From assembly GCA_045597865.1 (NCBI GenBank), contig JAZLKX010000025.1, forward strand, positions 160,001 to 224,000: a stretch of DNA of 64,000 nt, written 5' to 3'. Positions 59,749 to 64,000 of the stretch are shown here, piece by piece (the stretch's first letter is position 1; each line of letters begins with the position of its first letter). The DNA is from Bacilli bacterium. Its GTDB lineage: Bacteria > Bacillota_I > Bacilli_A > RFN20 > CAG-826. The notes under the pieces were generated by a model, which was given only the letters and a program-made list of their open reading frames with translations, had not been told where the DNA came from and searched no databases. A program made the position numbers and the translations under genes.

Positions 59749-59860
59749 CTTAATAAGTTATGTAATAGTTGATATCAACTATTAATAGAATATATTCATT
59801 ATTGTAATAATATTTTCATGTGTTATAATAAGATTAATCTTAAGGAGAAAAATTTTAATT

Positions 59861-60319
59861 ATGAGAAAATCAAAAATTGCAATTCTTGCATTAGCACCAG
59901 CTCTTCTTTGTGGTTGTGCTATGAAATGTGATTTTGCCAAATTCCAAGAAAAGGTTGGCGCAATTGATAGAAAAGGCGTTACAGCAACCAAAATTGTTAT
60001 CTCTGGCAAATTAACAATCGGTGATAAGGAAGAAGATATCAACTATGATAGCTCAACAGCTTCTTTATTAGATCTTGTTTCACCAAATGCAATTGCAGCA
60101 GCAGTTATGGCATTAAATAATGTCAACTTCTATGCTGTCACAGAAGACGCAAATTCAACATATTACGCTGGAACAACATTCAAAGTGACAAACGATGTCT
60201 TAAAAATTGAATGGAACAAATATGGTGATTGCACAAAAGCAAACGGAAAGCTTGATGACGGAAAAGGATCAAACTACACCGTTAACTTAAGTGCAAAATA
60301 TACATACGAAACAAAATAA
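59861..60319 (+). CDS. Hypothetical lipoprotein
   Basis: Lipobox LCGC; AGGAG RBS; TATAAT upstream. Confidence 0.75.
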   Translation: MRKSKIAILALAPALLCGCAMKCDFAKFQEKVGAIDRKGVTATKIVISGKLTIGDKEEDINYDSSTASLLDLVSPNAIAAAVMALNNVNFYAVTEDANSTYYAGTTFKVTNDVLKIEWNKYGDCTKANGKLDDGKGSNYTVNLSAKYTYETK

Positions 60320-60374
60320 TTGTTAAATTAGACGGATTTTATCCGTCTTTTTTATAAAAAAAGGAGAAAACTTA

Positions 60375-63074
60375 ATGAAAAAGATTAAAATCTTATCATT
60401 CGCTAGCTTACCACTTGCAATGGCTTTATTAGCAGGTTGTGGTCACACTCACACATTCTCTGAAGAGTGGAATCACAATGAAGAGAAACACTGGCATGAT
60501 GCAACTTGTGAACATAAAGATCAAATAAGTGAAGAGGGCGAACACAACTTTGGCGATGACAATGTTTGTGATGTTTGTGGTTACGAAAAAGGCGAAGAAC
60601 CAGGCCCAGGCCCAACACCTCATGAACATACATTCTCTGATGATTGGACTCATGACGATGAAAAGCACTGGCATGCAGCTACTTGCGAACACACCGATCA
60701 AAAGAGCGGTGAAGCCGAACACGTTTATGGTGATGACAACATCTGTGATGTTTGTGGTTATGACAAAGGCGAAGGACCAGGACCAACTATTGATCCACAT
60801 AAAGTAGATGAAACTGGATGGAAAGCTGCATTTGGTGCGGACGAACATTTGTTTATGTTCGCAGACAACTATAAGGCCACAATGACAATGAGTGGTGCTA
60901 TGTCTGGCGAAATGATTCTTGAAGTTGATGGCAATAAACTCAAAAATAATCAAGGCGGCACAGTCTTTTATTATTCTTTAGAAGATGGAGCTGCATATTG
61001 TTACTCAAATTTAGCGGGCAGTTGGTCTAGAAGTCCAATTGGTGATGCAAATAATCTAAAAGCAATTGTTTCTACCTATTTTGAACCATTTGGAGATTTT
61101 AGCGCTTTTGCATATGATGAAGAAAGTCATGCATATAAAGCTGCGTCAGCAATTGGAGGAATGGCAACAAATTTAGTTGCATCATTTACTGATGGCAAAG
61201 TTATGTCAGTATCTTATGATTCAGTTAATCCTGAAGACACAACACAAGTTGCACATCTTGCATCTACATTTGTTTATGGCGGACAAACAGTTACTCTTCC
61301 AGAAGTAGAACCAGCTCACGAGCACGTTTTCGATACACAATGTAGTGATCAATACAATCACTGGAATGAATGTGAATGTGGTGCAGTTGATCAAGATTCA
61401 ATAGAAGCACACTATGATGTTGAACCAGAAGATGGATTCTGCGATGTTTGCGGATGCGAAATGGAAGATTCACCAATTCCAGAACTTCCAATGTATTCAC
61501 TTCTAGTTGGTGGTGAATCATTAAGCATGATTTACAATTCTGACTTAGAACAATATGAATATTGTGAGCTCCCAGTTGAAGTTGATGATGAAATTACTGT
61601 AATGAACGTTACACCAGGCGCGGAAGGCGCTTTAACATCACTCAGCATTGGCGATGATGCTCATGGTTTTACGGTCACAGATGGTGTTTTAAAAGCTACT
61701 GTAGCTGGAACTTATTCATTCTATTTAAAACCATCATGGGGAAACGATACAATTTACATTGCTGAAAGCACATCTCCACTTCCAAGCGAACCGGTTTATG
61801 GTTACAAAATTAATGATGGCGAATACATCGTAATGGATTTAGATGGCAAAGATAAATCTGCTCAATGGATTGCAATTGGTGTTGATGTCGAAGAAGGTCA
61901 AACAGTGACATTTGCAAACATCACTCCTGATACTCCAGAAACTATGCCAGGACTCTTCATTGGCGGAACAACACAAGGTTTCACCATCCTGGATGGTGTC
62001 TTAACTGCAGATCATACTGGAAATTATAATTTCTACTTACAACCAGAATTTGAAAATGATGTTGTTTACATTGCAGAAAACTCAGTTGTTGACTGTAGAT
62101 TAATGGGTATGGATGGTGACTGGGAAGGTGGAATTTTGATGAGTCCAGTTTCAGAAGGAAGTACCGAATTTGTCGCCCAAAATCTCGATATTGAACCAGG
62201 CGATAAAGTTAAAGTTAAATTTGAAGATAGTTGGATTAGCGATTTTAAACGAAATACTGGTACCGCAAATGCACTTGATGAAAATTTAGCTGAAATTGAT
62301 GGTGAAGGTAATGTTCAATTCAATTTCGCTGGTGTCTACACAATTTACTTTGAAAGCAACACCGAAGGTGCATATGGCGTCTTTGTTAGAAGAGAATCAG
62401 TTAGTTGCCCATATATTGGCTCTGCCGATATAACAACTCCATCTGGTGATATCCATCAAGATGCTACATTTTTCTTCCACAAAGTTGATTTAGCTAATAA
62501 TTTCATTGAATATTATTTATCCAACTGCCCAGGATACAACGGAATGTCATACACCATCAAAGATGGTGATACTCCAGTAACTGATTTTGATCTTGAAGAA
62601 GGCGGCGAAGCAGCAAACTTTACAAAAGTAGGTTCAACAATTACCTATCATGGTGAAGCTGAAGCATTGAATTTCTATCTAAAAGAAGATTTAACCGAAC
62701 ATACATTAAAAGTTTATGTTGAAGCATATATTGATCCAGCTCAATACAGCACTCTTTATTTAGAACCAGGTGTTTGGGCTAATGATGGTGCAACATTCTA
62801 TGCTTTCTTCTTTGATTCAACATCTGGAAAAGAAGCTGTTTGGGTTGCTTTAATTGAAGAAGATGGTTTATACAAAGTTGAAAAAGTTGATGGTTATGAC
62901 AAAGTCATCTTTGTAAGATGTGATCCTGCAAAAGATCCATTAGTTGATGGTTGGGATGCAAAATGGAATCAAACACAAGATTTAGATGTTCCAACAGATT
63001 CTTGTGTTAAATGTTCTATTACAGGCTGGGGAGAAGATAAACAACCATCTCCATCAACTTGGCAAGTGAAATAA
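60375..63074 (+). CDS. Lipoprotein with His/Cys repeats, SusE/F-like modules and C-terminal CBM26-like domain
   Basis: Lipobox LAGC; three H.H.F...HW..C..CDVCG modules; AGTYSFY/GNYNFY/AGVYTIY modules; W.NDGA.FYA..F...W...GY..VIFVRC..WNQT.DL. Confidence 0.75.
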   Translation: MKKIKILSFASLPLAMALLAGCGHTHTFSEEWNHNEEKHWHDATCEHKDQISEEGEHNFGDDNVCDVCGYEKGEEPGPGPTPHEHTFSDDWTHDDEKHWHAATCEHTDQKSGEAEHVYGDDNICDVCGYDKGEGPGPTIDPHKVDETGWKAAFGADEHLFMFADNYKATMTMSGAMSGEMILEVDGNKLKNNQGGTVFYYSLEDGAAYCYSNLAGSWSRSPIGDANNLKAIVSTYFEPFGDFSAFAYDEESHAYKAASAIGGMATNLVASFTDGKVMSVSYDSVNPEDTTQVAHLASTFVYGGQTVTLPEVEPAHEHVFDTQCSDQYNHWNECECGAVDQDSIEAHYDVEPEDGFCDVCGCEMEDSPIPELPMYSLLVGGESLSMIYNSDLEQYEYCELPVEVDDEITVMNVTPGAEGALTSLSIGDDAHGFTVTDGVLKATVAGTYSFYLKPSWGNDTIYIAESTSPLPSEPVYGYKINDGEYIVMDLDGKDKSAQWIAIGVDVEEGQTVTFANITPDTPETMPGLFIGGTTQGFTILDGVLTADHTGNYNFYLQPEFENDVVYIAENSVVDCRLMGMDGDWEGGILMSPVSEGSTEFVAQNLDIEPGDKVKVKFEDSWISDFKRNTGTANALDENLAEIDGEGNVQFNFAGVYTIYFESNTEGAYGVFVRRESVSCPYIGSADITTPSGDIHQDATFFFHKVDLANNFIEYYLSNCPGYNGMSYTIKDGDTPVTDFDLEEGGEAANFTKVGSTITYHGEAEALNFYLKEDLTEHTLKVYVEAYIDPAQYSTLYLEPGVWANDGATFYAFFFDSTSGKEAVWVALIEEDGLYKVEKVDGYDKVIFVRCDPAKDPLVDGWDAKWNQTQDLDVPTDSCVKCSITGWGEDKQPSPSTWQVK
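60444..60790 (+). repeat. Tandem 177-bp intragenic duplication encoding the His/Cys module
   Basis: Units start at 60444 and 60621 with similar DNA (ACATTCTCTGA..CACTGGCATG..TGTGATGTTTGTGGTTA). Confidence 0.85.
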
Positions 63075-63092
63075 TTAAAATTAATCCTAGAT

Positions 63093-63126
63093 TAAGATGG
63101 TCACTCAGTGATCATCTTTTTCTTTT
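63093..63126 (+). terminator. Rho-independent terminator
   Basis: AAGATGGTCAC-TCA-GTGATCATCTT followed by T tract. Confidence 0.75.
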
Positions 63127-63171
63127 GCAAAATTATTTGTTGTAAATGATTTAAAAATCATTATAATAATA

Positions 63172-63245
63172 GTCGCAACTTATTCTAAGTTTAGCGATTA
63201 CTCCGACGCTTGACCTGGGATAAGCGAAGAATATTCTAGGAGGGA
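63172..63245 (+). promoter_or_regulatory. Firmicute-type ribosomal protein S15 autoregulatory leader
   Basis: AGCGATTACTCCGACGCTTG core inside a TTATTC/GGATAA stem upstream of rpsO; TATAAT at 63162. Confidence 0.7.
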
Positions 63246-63250
63246 TAAAT

Positions 63251-63517
63251 ATGTTATCCAAAGAAAGAACTGCTGAAATCGTTAAGAAGTTCGGAAAGAA
63301 CGAAAAAGACACTGGTTCAGTCCAAGTCCAAATCGCTCTTCTTACAGCTCAAATTAACGACTTAACCGAGCACCTTAAACATAACAAAAAAGATGCTTCA
63401 GCAAGACGTGGATTATTCATTTTAGTTGGTCAACGTAAATCATTCTTAAACTATCTTAACAAGACAGACAGAGATGCTTACGTCAAACTCTTAAGTGAAT
63501 TAAACATCCGCAAATAA
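63251..63517 (+). CDS. rpsO: 30S ribosomal protein S15
   Basis: DTGS.QVQIALLT.QI..LTEHLK..KKD...RRGL..LVGQR. Confidence 0.98.
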   Translation: MLSKERTAEIVKKFGKNEKDTGSVQVQIALLTAQINDLTEHLKHNKKDASARRGLFILVGQRKSFLNYLNKTDRDAYVKLLSELNIRK

Positions 63518-63536
63518 GTTAGAAAACTTATAAAGA

Positions 63537-63570
63537 TGGACCATAACTTATAGTTATGGTCCTTTCTTTT
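63537..63570 (+). terminator. Terminator after rpsO
   Basis: GGACCATAACT-TAT-AGTTATGGTCC followed by T-rich tract. Confidence 0.75.
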
Positions 63571-63648
63571 ACCTTTAAAAGTGTTATTACTTATCTAACA
63601 TTTTATGTTAAAATACCAATAGATTTTTAAAGGAGAAAAAATAACAAA

Positions 63649-64000
63649 ATGAAAAAAGTATTCGAACTCGATTTCGAAGGCCGCAAAATTGTTGTTGAAG
63701 CTGGCGAAATAGGCAAGCAAACAAAAGCTGCGGTTTTGGTACGTTATGGCGACACAGTAGTTTTATCAAACGTTACTATGTCACAACATACTGTCGATTG
63801 GGATTTCTTTCCACTCTCAGTTGAGTACCAAGAAAGAATGTACGCTGCTGGAAAGATTCCAGGCGGATTCTTAAGACGTGAGTCCCGTCCAAGCTACCAT
63901 GCAATTCTTGCAAGTAGAATTACCGACAGAACCATGCGTCCACTTTTCCCTGAAGGATTCCGTAATGAAGTCCAAGTCGTTTCTCAAGTAATGGCTGCTG
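63649..64000 (+). CDS. pnp: Polyribonucleotide nucleotidyltransferase, 5' part
   Basis: [51 protein letters not shown]; runs off the window. Confidence 0.97.
   Translation, partial: MKKVFELDFEGRKIVVEAGEIGKQTKAAVLVRYGDTVVLSNVTMSQHTVDWDFFPLSVEYQERMYAAGKIPGGFLRRESRPSYHAILASRITDRTMRPLFPEGFRNEVQVVSQVMAA

Noticed and set aside
60429-60953. 174-aa antisense ORF and the other short overlapping ORFs in the track (e.g. 21595-22074, 16572-16952)
   Set aside because: Shadow frames of well-supported genes with biased codon usage; no RBS or motifs
60444-61465. Multiheme cytochrome c
   Set aside because: Motifs are CDVCG, not CxxCH
32981-63074. Cohesin-dockerin amylosome
   Set aside because: No duplicated DxNxDGxxxxxD dockerin repeats; the single DSDGDG is the GH13 calcium loop
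1-64000. CRISPR array or cas genes
   Set aside because: No regularly spaced direct repeats with unique spacers; the repeats found are intragenic or operator-sized

Overview
Low-GC monoderm bacterial DNA, standard code. Gene style suggests an uncultured gut/rumen Bacilli lineage (RFN20/RF39-like; inference only). From left to right the window holds: (1) the end of an oligopeptide ABC ATPase, an Fe-ADH, an endonuclease-I lipoprotein, rimO and tRNA-Thr(GGT); (2) a ~4.7 kb tRNA-adjacent island with an XRE repressor facing repeated operators, an EcoRI-type adenine MTase, DUF262-HNH and DUF4357-like-HNH nucleases, three HTH/zinc-finger paralogs and no integrase; (3) a Vat/CatB-type acetyltransferase plus membrane and lipoprotein genes; (4) the conserved rimP-nusA-infB-rbfA-truB-ribF-rpsO-pnp string, broken at three junctions. 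The largest insertion (~30 kb, between ribF and rpsO) is the main candidate for an undescribed system: a starch/pullulan capture locus made almost wholly of lipoproteins. It has an Ig-stalked maltodextrin-binding protein, MalFG permeases, an 852-aa MalK with a coiled-coil insert, a SusG-like GH13 amylase, a type I pullulanase, and large non-catalytic proteins with SusE/F-like, CBM20 and CBM26-like modules, with no recognisable cohesin/dockerin, SLH or LPXTG. Also seen: two candidate ncRNAs, many apparently leaderless genes, a GAF-ABC ATPase fusion and an orphan Phd antitoxin missing from the ORF track. All domain calls are by eye from motifs; no searches were run.
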